From positions 90,274 through 154,273 of the forward strand of contig JBIKIF010000001.1 of assembly GCA_044361745.1 (NCBI GenBank): a DNA stretch of 64,000 bases. The letters are read 5' to 3'. This DNA is from Holosporales bacterium. GTDB lineage: Bacteria > Pseudomonadota > Alphaproteobacteria > Holosporales > CAZGKG01. Shown here in pieces: positions 8,679-18,244 of this stretch (within the stretch, counting starts at the first letter, position 1; each line of letters opens with the position of its first letter). A model generated the notes under the pieces. The model was not told where the DNA came from. It did not search any database and saw nothing but the letters and a program-made list of their open reading frames with translations. The position numbers and the translations under genes are program-made.

Positions 8679-9583
8679 TTCTGACTGGACGGTGTGTCCT
8701 TAAAATCCGGGGCGGAGACGCCAAGGCTTTTCTCCAAAAGCTCATCACAAGAGATTTAGGAACTTTGTCAGAGACCCAAACATGCTACGGAAGTTTACTC
8801 ACCCCCCAGGGGCGCTACGTCTCAGACTTTTTTGTGAGCCAGACACAGGACGGCCTGTTGCTTGATCTGCCAACCCCCCATGCAGAAACCGTTCTGCGGC
8901 AGTTTTCTCTCTACCGCATGCGCATGGACGTAGAGTGTTCTCTCACAGAAAACGTGGTTTGGGTCCACACAGAGGGGGAGTTTTCAAACGATCTCCCCGA
9001 CACATTAGGGGAAACCCTTGCCTATCGGGGGGGCATTCTTTTCAGAGATCCACGCCTCAAAAGCTTGGGTCTTCGGGCGATCCTGCCTAAAGGACAGCCC
9101 TTATGTAATCTCTCAACCTTGGACAGCGGAGATGATCCCTACAGGCATTTTTCCATGGACCAAGGAATCAGCCAAGCCCCCCAGAGCCTGATTTCTGGGG
9201 CGTCGATTATCCTTGAGCATGGGTTCTTAGAGCTTGGTGCCGTCAGCCTCCAGAAAGGGTGTTACCCAGGGCAAGAGCTCATTGCCCGCACGGTGTATCG
9301 GGGGGAACTCCGTAAGCGTGTATTTCCTGTGAGAATCATCCGCCCAAGGGAACGCAGCGAAACAGAAGCACTCTCAGAAGACATAATCTCTTTGCCCCCG
9401 GTGTGTTTTCAGGAAGAGCCGGTGGGGCGCCTTCTCGACACCCTCCAAGAATCCGGTTTGATTCTTGCATCTGTTTCCAGTGTTCTGGCCAGCCTTGCTT
9501 CCGGCGAGCTTCTGTCCTGGGGAACTTCCAGACTGAGGCCTTCGGTTCCCGACTGGATGACGCTTCCAGAAGCGTCTTTATGA
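8675..9583 (+). CDS. ygfZ: YgfZ-type folate-binding protein (Fe-S cluster repair / tRNA modification family)
   Basis: ATG at 8675 overlaps the upstream stop (ATGA). N-terminal LKIRGGDAKAFLQKLITRDL and the KGCYPGQE motif. Confidence 0.75.
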   Translation: MILTGRCVLKIRGGDAKAFLQKLITRDLGTLSETQTCYGSLLTPQGRYVSDFFVSQTQDGLLLDLPTPHAETVLRQFSLYRMRMDVECSLTENVVWVHTEGEFSNDLPDTLGETLAYRGGILFRDPRLKSLGLRAILPKGQPLCNLSTLDSGDDPYRHFSMDQGISQAPQSLISGASIILEHGFLELGAVSLQKGCYPGQELIARTVYRGELRKRVFPVRIIRPRERSETEALSEDIISLPPVCFQEEPVGRLLDTLQESGLILASVSSVLASLASGELLSWGTSRLRPSVPDWMTLPEASL

Positions 9584-10633
9584 CTTCTGTTTTAAAAATT
9601 GAACAAAAAACGAAAGACCGCTCGGGTCGTCTGCCCATCTGCTGTAAATATCGGGTAGGGACTTGTCTTCCCAGCTTAAAATTTGACGCAGTACGTAGGG
9701 TGTTGGACTGTGGGGATCGTGATTTTGTAAAAAATCTGTAATGTTTCGAAGCAAGCGATACGCATCTTGACGGGTTCTGAGGCTTCCTGTAGGGGCATCG
9801 TCCTTTTCCAGAAAATCAGGATCTTCAAGTGCCGTCGTTTTTGAAGATGGGCTCAGAGGCTTTTGGACCATTTTTTTCCAAACAGCAACCTGACGACTCA
9901 ATTGATTCAATTGACGCGGGAGATCATAGAACACAACACATTCTTTGCCGGCTTTTTCCCGGGTTGTCTCCTCAATCTGCTTAAGCCCATTTTTGACATT
10001 TTGAATTTGAAATTCAAGGGCTTCATAAAAGGAGGCTGGTGTTTGCTGAACGCTTGACATGACCTGTTGAAGAGTCGGTTTCTTCAGAGACTCCAGAAAC
10101 TGTTTCGGATCTTTTTGCTTTTGACTGAGAAGATCAAAATGTTGAGCGTCAATCCAATCCCCAAAAAAGTAAGGTAATCCAAGAGAATTTTTAGGGAAAA
10201 TAACAGGGAGCTTCAAAAGATTTGTGGCCATTTGTTTATCCAGCCATTCATAAGGTGCGAGGCGGAACTCCTCATCTTGAGTGTCCATGGGATAGAGGGT
10301 GGGCCAAAAATTTTTGGATAAGGCATCCACCAAAAACAGACCTTCGCTTAATCCTTCCAGCCCTTTCATCGACATCCACGCTTCTGTCAGCCAGGCAGCG
10401 ATTTGAAGATCCTTGGTTTTTTTTGCGAGAGCGTCCGTGCACAACTGTTCAACCTGGAGCCAATCAGATTTTTTTTCATCCAGTTCCCAAACTCCTTCAG
10501 GGAGATCACTTGGATCACTTGAGGAGCGAGCTTCCTGAATCAGATCGTAAGTTTCTGTATAGCGGAGAAAGCTCCCAGAGGGATTGCTTCCCGGGAAGGG
10601 CGACAGAAGTGTTTTCAACTCATGTTTTGCCAT
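9578..10633 (-). CDS. tssA: type VI secretion system protein TssA (ImpA N-terminal domain family)
   Basis: 351 aa. The N-terminus PFPGSNPSGSFLRYTETYDLIQEARS matches the ImpA_N pattern. Directly downstream of tssM. Confidence 0.75.
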   Translation of the reverse strand: MAKHELKTLLSPFPGSNPSGSFLRYTETYDLIQEARSSSDPSDLPEGVWELDEKKSDWLQVEQLCTDALAKKTKDLQIAAWLTEAWMSMKGLEGLSEGLFLVDALSKNFWPTLYPMDTQDEEFRLAPYEWLDKQMATNLLKLPVIFPKNSLGLPYFFGDWIDAQHFDLLSQKQKDPKQFLESLKKPTLQQVMSSVQQTPASFYEALEFQIQNVKNGLKQIEETTREKAGKECVVFYDLPRQLNQLSRQVAVWKKMVQKPLSPSSKTTALEDPDFLEKDDAPTGSLRTRQDAYRLLRNITDFLQNHDPHSPTPYVLRQILSWEDKSLPDIYSRWADDPSGLSFFVQFLKQKS

Positions 10634-10645
10634 TTGTGCAATCCT

Positions 10646-13600
10646 TTAAGTCTTAGAAGCGGTTTTTGGGGTGGCTTTTGCTTTGGCCGGTTGGGGTTTG
10701 TGATCTTTAGGTGGGCAAGGCCCTCCGCTTCCGCAGGGGTCGGGGACGAGACTTTTGAGAGGTCTTTTGACAACCACAGGCTCTGACGGTTCGAGTGCCT
10801 CTAAATCTGGTGCCTCCGTAGGGAATGGGGAAAGCGCCAGTGGTTCAAAGCTCTCTGCTCCCTCTTTTTGAGTCTTTACACTCATAAAGATAAGAGCACT
10901 GGAAGGGGTTGCAGGGGAGGGATTGTCCGGAAGATCCTCGGGAGGATAGGAAAGATTTTTCAAAACCGTTGGGATTCGGAAGCGCAGGGTTGTTGGATCC
11001 GGATCTTCATTTTTTGTAAAATCAGAACCCTTAGCTTTTTGAAGGTCGAGCATCCGGAGGAGAGACCAGCATCCCTTAAATGTATAGGTTGCGCTTTGTG
11101 CATCCACACTCAAGGCCGACTGGGTTGAATCAATCGTTGGGCGGTAGGAGCTGCCCAAGGCCCAGCGCATCCCAACAGTGATTGGTGCGCCAGAAGCCCA
11201 ACGGGTCAGCGCCTTTTCTTTGGAGAAGTCAAAAGTTTCCTCTCCGATAGTGACAGTCCATGCAATGATCTGGTTCCCATTTTTTTCAGTGTCTTTGTTG
11301 GTACGGAAAATGACCTGAAGTGGCAGAGACGGTTCGACTGTTTTGTCACTGGGGCTTGTGGTCAAAGGCCTAAAGAATTTCCTCAGCTCAGTCATTTGCT
11401 TGATAAACAGCAGGGCTTTTTCAAGATGGGGTTTTGAAGCTTTTTGTTTTTTCAAAAATTCCTGAGCAAACAAAGCATTTTTATCAAATAAACTGTAAAA
11501 GGCGGCCACTTGATCCGGCTGTGCATCTGGATAATTCACAAATCCTTTAGGAACAAAAGGATAGCGGCCAGACAGATTTTTATTAAAGAAGTTTGCAATT
11601 TTGACGTAGCCGTCTTGAGCTGATTTTTGGCTGACATTTTTACACTGGCCCTCAAGGGATGCGCGAATGGTTTGCAAAACGTCCATGAAAAAGTTTTTCC
11701 GAGGACCTTTCACAACGCGCAGCATCAGAGGGCAATTCGCGAGAGTCATGTTCGGCAAATCTTTTAAAATAAATCCTTCGAGGGCATGAATAGAATTCGG
11801 GGATTTTTGGTCTAGCAAAGTCAACTGTCCAAGAATACTTTGCCATTTCCGTGCGACTCCAGGGAGTGAGCCATGCTCGTTGAGAAATCCCAGAAGTTTG
11901 AGAGGTGGATCAATAAATTCTCTCGCGATATAACGAATCCGGTTTCGCGTCATGAGCAAGCGATCTCTCAGCTCATTTTCATTCTGGACGCCAAACACAT
12001 GAAACATAGATCCCTTGCCCCCTTTCCAGCGGCTGAGGGCGGTGAGGTTCAATTGGTAAGGACCCTCTTCTTCTACAATGAAATCAATCCGTTCCAAAAT
12101 AGAAAGGGTTTGCTGGGTAAGAATTTCTTTTAATTGTCCTGCAAGGTGGGTTTCCCCCAACGTTTCAAGGCTTTTGAGGATTTCTATAAACAAAGGCGTT
12201 GTGGCCCGCAAATTTTGAACCATCGGTAGGTAAACGGCCTCAGGCGTTGTTTTTGAAACGAATGGATCGAGCGGCCCCTTTTGTTGGGCGGCGGCAAGCT
12301 TTTTTTGGGCAGCTTGAGCAAGGCTTTTCAAGCAAATCGAACGGAGAGTTATCTGAGTTCTTTTTGGCAGTGCAGACGTTTTTTTTATAAAAAAGTCTTG
12401 GAACTCTTTAATAAGAGTCGTTACGTCTCTCAGAATTGCATAATTCCAGATGATTTCCTCACCCGGATCAATTGTGGTATCAAAATGCGCAGAGCCTTGA
12501 ACAGACATAAAGGATTGAGCCAAAAGCAGGTTCAAAAACCCTTGTAAATTCGAAACAGATGGCGCAATGGAAGAGCCCGCACTTTGTTTGAAATCAAAAA
12601 GGGATCCGGTCAGAGGCGTTTTATAGGCAACTAAGCCTCCTCGGAATCCTTGAAAAGCCGTTTCACATCTTTTGAGGAAATCATCTGTGACTGATGATGA
12701 GAAAAAATTAGAACTGACAATATTCTTCACCAAAAGATCAAAATCAGGGCCTGGGAGAAATGTCTTGCGTGTCATCCATTTGGAGTCTTGATTGGTGAAC
12801 AAGGCAATGGAGTCTGTTAAATTTTCGACTAAATAACGGAGCTGTTCCATTTTGTAGGATGATGTGGCCCGATAAAATTCATCCAGTGCTTTTTTTAAGG
12901 ATTCAATCTGAGGGGTCAGCTTTGAAGGGCTGAGGCTTTCGACCAAGAAATCTTTAATGAGCTTCTCGAGGCGTTCATTCGCTTTGGATGAGTATTCATA
13001 GAACCCGATCGGTTCAATCTGAATATGGCTTAAAGCGCTTCGATACAGTTCCCCATTATTTTGGTAGAACTCTTTAGGCAGGGGAGTTTTAAATAATTGC
13101 TCTACAATGAAGCCAAAATCTTCAAGACTCGCTGTGTCTTTGAGTTCATTAAATTTAAGGATCATTTTCTGGGCATTTGTGAGGGTGTCTACGTACTGTT
13201 TAAGAATCAAAAAGGGAAGCGTACGGATTGGGTTCACCCCTTCTGTCTGTTTTTGAGGTGATTGCAAGGTTGGGAGATGCCCAGAGATCGCTTCATCAAT
13301 CTGATCTCTGATACGAGCAGAAATGGCTTTGAGAATGACCACATTGTAGGCGACTGTGAGAACCTTGCTCAAACGATTTTCGAGAGGGCTGAGCCAAGAG
13401 GCTGGGATAAGAGGGAGAAACAGATGCTCTGTTCGGACGTTTTGCATAGACCGAATGATGAGTTGAGCTTGCTGTTGAAAGAACGCATGGTCAGACGCGA
13501 GATAATTCTTATCTGAGAGAGATCTTTGAATGCCATACCCAATGCGGTTCAGGCTTGGTAGAATCGCCATCCGGGTTTCCACAAGGCGATTGTAAGAGTA

Positions 13601-14935
13601 GATGAGCCCCACAAAGCCCAACAATGAAAAGAATCCAACGCCCATTTGGAAAAATCGCAAGGCCCGGTTGTTGGATAAAATTCTTTGACGCACAAATTGA
13701 ACCAAGCCTTTTTCAGGAAAAATCTTCCCCCGAAACAGGGCCGTTGAAAAATAAATGGATCGTTTTTGGAGTTTGATTTGAGGGCTGGTCTCCCCGTCTT
13801 CCTTCGTGGTCTGCAATGCGTTGCCCAGAGACTCCTCCATCGTTCTTTGAAGTGTGGTGTCGACATTCGTGTCGACAGTTCCATCTCCGGTAAAGTAAAC
13901 ACCTCTAAAAAAGAAATGTTCGCTGAGCTTGCTAATCTGAAAAAGATGATTCAGGCAGAGGCTGAGAGGTTCGTGAAGATTTGCAAATTCTCTGGGAAAC
14001 AGCAGAACCCCATCTCGTTCGGCATAAACTTTCCCCCGGGTAAAAATCTCCTGCTGGAGATAAATGAGTTGCTCAGAGAGGGAGTGGAACAATTCGTCAC
14101 ACCAAATAGGTTGATAGGGCATTTCGAGAGGGTAAGGATTTGACCAGCCGAAGGCATTATCCCGGTTCTCCGGTGGGATTTCGTGACAAAAGCTCGTAAA
14201 GCCTGGAATCAAATCGCAGTGGGTGACAATGATGAATACAGGAATCTTCAGCCCTAAGACTCTTTGAATCTGCCACAATTTTGAATACAGAACCTCGGCG
14301 CGTGCTGCAAGTTCATCACTGGAGCAGTTCTTGAGTTCATGGGCCGAGAGCGTTAGGACAATGCCATCCATCGGGCGGTTTGAACGATGGTTTTGGAGAA
14401 GATCAAGGAGCAACCGCCATTCTTCTTCCCGAGAAAAGAGTCCATCTTTTTGGAGAACCAGCTGACCGCTGACGTCTAAGACCACCGCTTGATCAAAGAA
14501 CCACCAGTTACAAAGAGCGCTTCGATCAACAGTCGCGGGTGCGCCGACAGGAAGGGGGAGTCGTAGGCTTTCAATGAGGGTTGTTTTGCCGGCTCCTTCG
14601 GCGCCAACCATCACAAACCAAGGGAGCCGATACCGATAGCCTCGCCCCCCGACAATTTCCCGCATTAATCGCAACGCATAGGCAAAAGATTGGCTCAGGG
14701 GATCTTTTGGAAAATATCCCAATCTAGCAAAAAAATACCCAATGCTCTTCTTGCGTTTCTGCCAAGGTGTGAGCTCTTGAGGGGACTCCTCAGAGGCACT
14801 GTCTTGTTCTAAAGTTTGAGGGTGTAATAGGCCTCTCAAAAACCAAAACAGCCATCCGCATAAAACAAAACCAATGACTAGGGAGCTAACCCAGACCCAG
14901 AATGTTGTAGAGCTCAAAAACGTCACCAAATTCAT
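10646..14935 (-). CDS. tssM: type VI secretion system membrane subunit TssM (IcmF)
   Basis: 1429 aa. N-terminal TM segments, Walker A GAEGAGKTTLIES, a third TM near residue 430, a large periplasmic region and a Pro/Lys-rich tail. Confidence 0.9.
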   Translation of the reverse strand: MNLVTFLSSTTFWVWVSSLVIGFVLCGWLFWFLRGLLHPQTLEQDSASEESPQELTPWQKRKKSIGYFFARLGYFPKDPLSQSFAYALRLMREIVGGRGYRYRLPWFVMVGAEGAGKTTLIESLRLPLPVGAPATVDRSALCNWWFFDQAVVLDVSGQLVLQKDGLFSREEEWRLLLDLLQNHRSNRPMDGIVLTLSAHELKNCSSDELAARAEVLYSKLWQIQRVLGLKIPVFIIVTHCDLIPGFTSFCHEIPPENRDNAFGWSNPYPLEMPYQPIWCDELFHSLSEQLIYLQQEIFTRGKVYAERDGVLLFPREFANLHEPLSLCLNHLFQISKLSEHFFFRGVYFTGDGTVDTNVDTTLQRTMEESLGNALQTTKEDGETSPQIKLQKRSIYFSTALFRGKIFPEKGLVQFVRQRILSNNRALRFFQMGVGFFSLLGFVGLIYSYNRLVETRMAILPSLNRIGYGIQRSLSDKNYLASDHAFFQQQAQLIIRSMQNVRTEHLFLPLIPASWLSPLENRLSKVLTVAYNVVILKAISARIRDQIDEAISGHLPTLQSPQKQTEGVNPIRTLPFLILKQYVDTLTNAQKMILKFNELKDTASLEDFGFIVEQLFKTPLPKEFYQNNGELYRSALSHIQIEPIGFYEYSSKANERLEKLIKDFLVESLSPSKLTPQIESLKKALDEFYRATSSYKMEQLRYLVENLTDSIALFTNQDSKWMTRKTFLPGPDFDLLVKNIVSSNFFSSSVTDDFLKRCETAFQGFRGGLVAYKTPLTGSLFDFKQSAGSSIAPSVSNLQGFLNLLLAQSFMSVQGSAHFDTTIDPGEEIIWNYAILRDVTTLIKEFQDFFIKKTSALPKRTQITLRSICLKSLAQAAQKKLAAAQQKGPLDPFVSKTTPEAVYLPMVQNLRATTPLFIEILKSLETLGETHLAGQLKEILTQQTLSILERIDFIVEEEGPYQLNLTALSRWKGGKGSMFHVFGVQNENELRDRLLMTRNRIRYIAREFIDPPLKLLGFLNEHGSLPGVARKWQSILGQLTLLDQKSPNSIHALEGFILKDLPNMTLANCPLMLRVVKGPRKNFFMDVLQTIRASLEGQCKNVSQKSAQDGYVKIANFFNKNLSGRYPFVPKGFVNYPDAQPDQVAAFYSLFDKNALFAQEFLKKQKASKPHLEKALLFIKQMTELRKFFRPLTTSPSDKTVEPSLPLQVIFRTNKDTEKNGNQIIAWTVTIGEETFDFSKEKALTRWASGAPITVGMRWALGSSYRPTIDSTQSALSVDAQSATYTFKGCWSLLRMLDLQKAKGSDFTKNEDPDPTTLRFRIPTVLKNLSYPPEDLPDNPSPATPSSALIFMSVKTQKEGAESFEPLALSPFPTEAPDLEALEPSEPVVVKRPLKSLVPDPCGSGGPCPPKDHKPQPAKAKATPKTASKT

Positions 14936-14966
14936 CTAGAACACCTTGTTGAAGTCGATGGATAGA

Positions 14967-15791
14967 TCATGTAAGGGTTGCTGCATCTTCAAGGATCGCG
15001 TCCGTTGTACGAGAGAGGGTGTAGGTTGTCCCATACCAAATCCCGGAAGATAAAATGAGGTACCCCAGAAACGCGCACAAGAAGACAAGTGTCCATTTGC
15101 GTGCATCTTGGTTGTCTTGTTCCACCCCCCCTTCGAGTGTGGATCGCATGGCATTGGGAAAAATAAGCCCGTTGTAATCAAATAAGGCGGGTCGCCTGTG
15201 GTACACGAAAGTAAAAATTTGTTCCCTGTAATGTTTGAGAGTTTCTCCCTCATCAAAACCTCGATACTGGCCTCGAAATCCTAAGCCTAAAGTGGTGAGA
15301 TAAAGGATCCCAACCTCTTGTTTCAGAGGATCTCGCTCTTTGAGGAAGCTCTCAAGATTTTTGAAAAATTGAGAGCCAGCAATGTGTGTCCCAAAGAGCC
15401 GTTGTTCCAGCAAAGACTTTTCCCAATAGCGGCGTCCCTCCCATTTCATGCCGAGAAAAATCTCGTCCGCTAAAGCTGCCATAATGTACTGAGCTTCCCT
15501 GTAGCAAGCGGCCCCAAAGGCACCTCCTTCGGCGTTCGCTTCAAGGGCTTGGGAGGTGAGGAGATTTTGAAGAGAGTTCAGAATCTGATCTGCTTTCTCA
15601 TCCCATGGGGACAGAACATCGGAGCCCTCATTTTTTTCTGCCTCCTGTTCCGTGAGTGTGGGGCGCAAGCTTCCTGAAAGGATCCGTTCTTTGTGGCGCA
15701 GGAGAAGATAATAAAAATCTTGAAAAAATTGGAGCAAGAATCGGGTGTGCTGAGCGTCCGTCTGGGGTATCTCCAAAGATCCGTACAACAT
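14967..15791 (-). CDS. tssL: type VI secretion system protein TssL (DotU family)
   Basis: 274 aa. DotU-like core (YIMAALADEIFL, LTTLGLGFRGQY) and a single C-terminal TM WTLVFLCAFLGYLILSSGIWYG. No peptidoglycan-binding extension. Confidence 0.8.
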   Translation of the reverse strand: MLYGSLEIPQTDAQHTRFLLQFFQDFYYLLLRHKERILSGSLRPTLTEQEAEKNEGSDVLSPWDEKADQILNSLQNLLTSQALEANAEGGAFGAACYREAQYIMAALADEIFLGMKWEGRRYWEKSLLEQRLFGTHIAGSQFFKNLESFLKERDPLKQEVGILYLTTLGLGFRGQYRGFDEGETLKHYREQIFTFVYHRRPALFDYNGLIFPNAMRSTLEGGVEQDNQDARKWTLVFLCAFLGYLILSSGIWYGTTYTLSRTTDAILEDAATLT

Positions 15792-15986
15792 TTTTTACCC
15801 CGGTTGATTCATGTTTAATTTCCAACGAATACACACACATGTACCCCCCAATGGTAAATTTTTATATAAGTTTTTTGCGCACAAATGAGAAAAGTCAGAA
15901 TCCTGAACACATCAGAAATTCATTGAAAATTACTTTTTTGGGCTATGATTGACAGGAGGGCATTAATCTGAAAGAGGGCAAAGTTT

Positions 15987-16346
15987 GTGAAGAAAAATAT
16001 AAAAACCAGATTTTTAAGGGTGGTGATCGGAATAATTTGTCTTTTTTGGGGGCGCGAAGTCTCTTGGGCTGATTCATCTGTGTCCCCAGGGCCAGTTTGT
16101 TGTGGCATCTGTGACACTTTTAACCCTCAAGATGAGACAAGTTTTTTCCAGGCCCATGACTGCCCTGAAGGAGTTTATAGCAATCCTAAGTTGGACAAAA
16201 AAGCCTTAGATATTCGAAAAATGAATCGGCCTGATAGCCGCAATGATGAAGACCACACCCGGAGTCTACTAACCAAATCTATTACAATGCGCAGCCCAAA
16301 TGAGGGTCCAGGTGATTTACCAAAAAATTTATTTGAGTGGGGATAA
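15987..16346 (+). CDS. hypothetical small secreted protein
   Basis: 119 aa. Signal-peptide-like N-terminus and a CCGIC motif. Divergent from tssL. Confidence 0.4.
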   Translation: MKKNIKTRFLRVVIGIICLFWGREVSWADSSVSPGPVCCGICDTFNPQDETSFFQAHDCPEGVYSNPKLDKKALDIRKMNRPDSRNDEDHTRSLLTKSITMRSPNEGPGDLPKNLFEWG

Positions 16347-16349
16347 GCC

Positions 16350-16568
16350 ATGAAAGAAAAAATCACATACTTATGGATTTTAAGTATCTTATGGATCGGT
16401 TTTGATTCAAAGGGATATGCAGCCGATTTTCTTGATCCGCTTCAAAAGGAATTCGTTTCCGGGACTCTGACTGATTTTGCAAAAAAAACAACTGAAAACC
16501 ATAAATTCGCAGAAAAAAAAGTCCCCCCCAAAAAAAAAGAAGCCTTAGAGCAAGAAAGCTCTGACTGA
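16350..16568 (+). CDS. hypothetical small secreted protein
   Basis: 72 aa. Signal-peptide-like LWILSILWIGFDSKGYA and a Lys-rich C-terminus. Starts 4 nt after the previous ORF. Confidence 0.4.
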   Translation: MKEKITYLWILSILWIGFDSKGYAADFLDPLQKEFVSGTLTDFAKKTTENHKFAEKKVPPKKKEALEQESSD

Positions 16569-16655
16569 GAAGACTGTTGGGGAGAAAGAGGGTGTTTCCT
16601 CTCCCAAAGGTCCGTCTGAGGTGGGTGATCACAACTAATTCCTTGTTTGTTTTCT

Positions 16656-16936
16656 TTAAAAAACAGGCGGCACGGATCGAATCGCCCAATCGCCATGATC
16701 CTCTTGAACTTCCAACCGGCCTCGGTCTAAAAGCACCGTATGAAACACGGCTTCTTCAGAATCCTGCCATGGGCAGGACTGTGAGGATCCCTAACAATAG
16801 GATCCAGACGATCCGGGGTTGCCTGCTTTAACTTTGCCGCCACCTCTGGAATTTCCCTTACAATATCTTTAAAATTTTCACTCTGTCCGAGCGATTGAAA
16901 TCTAATCAGCGAGTGCAGGTTTTGAGAGCGCATCAC
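16656..16936 (-). pseudogene. possible decayed small gene (weak resemblance to the alphaproteobacterial NDUFS4-like ETC complex I subunit family)
   Basis: A 69-aa frame (LIRFQSLGQSE...VREIPE...LDPIVRD) followed in another frame by WQDSEEAVFHTVLLDRGRLEVQED. The resemblance is from memory only. Confidence 0.25.
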
Positions 16937-16951
16937 TCAAAATTGAGAGGA

Positions 16952-17890
16952 TTAGCTATGCAACCCCAAAATCTGTGTCAACTCAGCCCATTCTCGGGCG
17001 CCAAGACCCACGTCGCTGGCGCTGACTGTCTCGCCACGGATGAGGCGACGGACCGCCTCCAGGCCCCCTTTAGAGAGCAGGGTGCCGCCCATTCGGTAGG
17101 CTTCAAAGGCTTCTGCTGCCAGGGGGACCCAGCGGGCTACCATCTGGTACATGGTTTCCGCATAGGCGCGAATTTCGTACTGGGCATGGGAATCTGCCCG
17201 GAGCTTCAGGAAATGAAACAGGTTGTGCAGGTCAATCTTCCAATACCACTGGGTGTAGGTGCTGAGGGGGAGATTCATGCGGGCTAGCTCGCGCGCAAGC
17301 GGGGTGCGTTCCTCATCTTTCCGTGCTCCGTCTCCCCCGTCATTGAGCAAAAAATCGTAGGTGTCAAAACACTGCTGGGCATCCCGCTTGAGCAACTCCA
17401 GAACGTGGGCGGATTCTTCTGCTCCCAACGGGGCTCCTCGACCCTGGTTGTTGATTTCTGACTGTGTGGCCAGATGGGCCGTTTCGGGCAGATAAAATTC
17501 TCGGTCTAAAATAGAATAGCGGGCGGAATACTCGTTGACATTGGCGGTGCGATGGCGAATCCACTGGCGTGCAATAAAGATGGGGAGTTTGATGTGAAAT
17601 TTGATCTCACACATTTCAAAGGGGGTGGAATGCTGGTGCCGCATCAAATATTGAATCAGCCCTTTGTCCGCAGTGACCCGTTTGGTTCCTTTGCCATAAG
17701 AGACTCGAGCAGCCTGAACAATCGCCTGGTCATCCCCCATATAATCAATGACGCGGACAAATCCATGATCGAGAACCGGGAAAGGGGTGAAGAGAATCTC
17801 CTCTAAAGCAGGCGCCACAGGCCTACGGGTGGGGGCTTGGGTGCTCCGGGCAGCTTCAATGGCCTCCATTTGGTCTAGCGTCAGATGCAT
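16952..17890 (-). CDS. thyX: FAD-dependent thymidylate synthase ThyX
   Basis: ThyX motif [17 protein letters not shown] at 17890 is preceded by AAGGAAG. The longer ORF (to 17953) would abut the tRNA. Confidence 0.9.
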   Translation of the reverse strand: MHLTLDQMEAIEAARSTQAPTRRPVAPALEEILFTPFPVLDHGFVRVIDYMGDDQAIVQAARVSYGKGTKRVTADKGLIQYLMRHQHSTPFEMCEIKFHIKLPIFIARQWIRHRTANVNEYSARYSILDREFYLPETAHLATQSEINNQGRGAPLGAEESAHVLELLKRDAQQCFDTYDFLLNDGGDGARKDEERTPLARELARMNLPLSTYTQWYWKIDLHNLFHFLKLRADSHAQYEIRAYAETMYQMVARWVPLAAEAFEAYRMGGTLLSKGGLEAVRRLIRGETVSASDVGLGAREWAELTQILGLHS

Positions 17891-17957
17891 GGTATGCCCT
17901 TCCTTTTCCTGGGTTCGGATCATTTGTCCTGGGCGATCGAGCCGTCTTGGCAAAGGA

Positions 17958-18032
17958 TGGTGGGTGCTACAGGGATTGAACCTGTGACCCCTGCCGTGTG
18001 AAGGCAGTGCTCTCCCGCTGAGCTAAGCACCC
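17958..18032 (-). tRNA. tRNA-Val (anticodon CAC)
   Basis: Reverse complement reads GGGTGCTTAGCTCAGCGGGAGAGCACTGCCTTCACACGGCAGGGGTCACAGGTTCAATCCCTGTAGCACCCACCA. It has a 7-bp acceptor stem, anticodon loop TTCACAC, a GGTTCAATCC T-arm and an encoded CCA. Confidence 0.9.
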
Positions 18033-18244
18033 GATCCTCTCGAATTTCCTGGAGAGGTTGAAAAATGTCAAGGATTCTCTTTTGTTTTTTTTGAAACAGA
18101 GCTAAAATCCGGTCTCGTGTTTGAGAGGGTGTGAGGAGGAGCTCGAATGTCTCCCAGGGACAGTCGCAGTTGGGGCCTCTTAGGCCTCTTTTTAACAATC
18201 AGCTTTGTATTTTATGGCATTGCCTGGGTACGGATGGGGGGCGT

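Noticed and set aside
16727-16936. The 69-aa frame as a BolA-family gene (partner of grxD)
   Set aside because: Residue-by-residue comparison with the BolA D-E-S-x-x-H-x-G-H core matched only two positions.
17920-18198. 92-aa minus-strand ORF
   Set aside because: It overlaps the tRNA-Val gene and the dnaX upstream region, so it is not plausible as coding.
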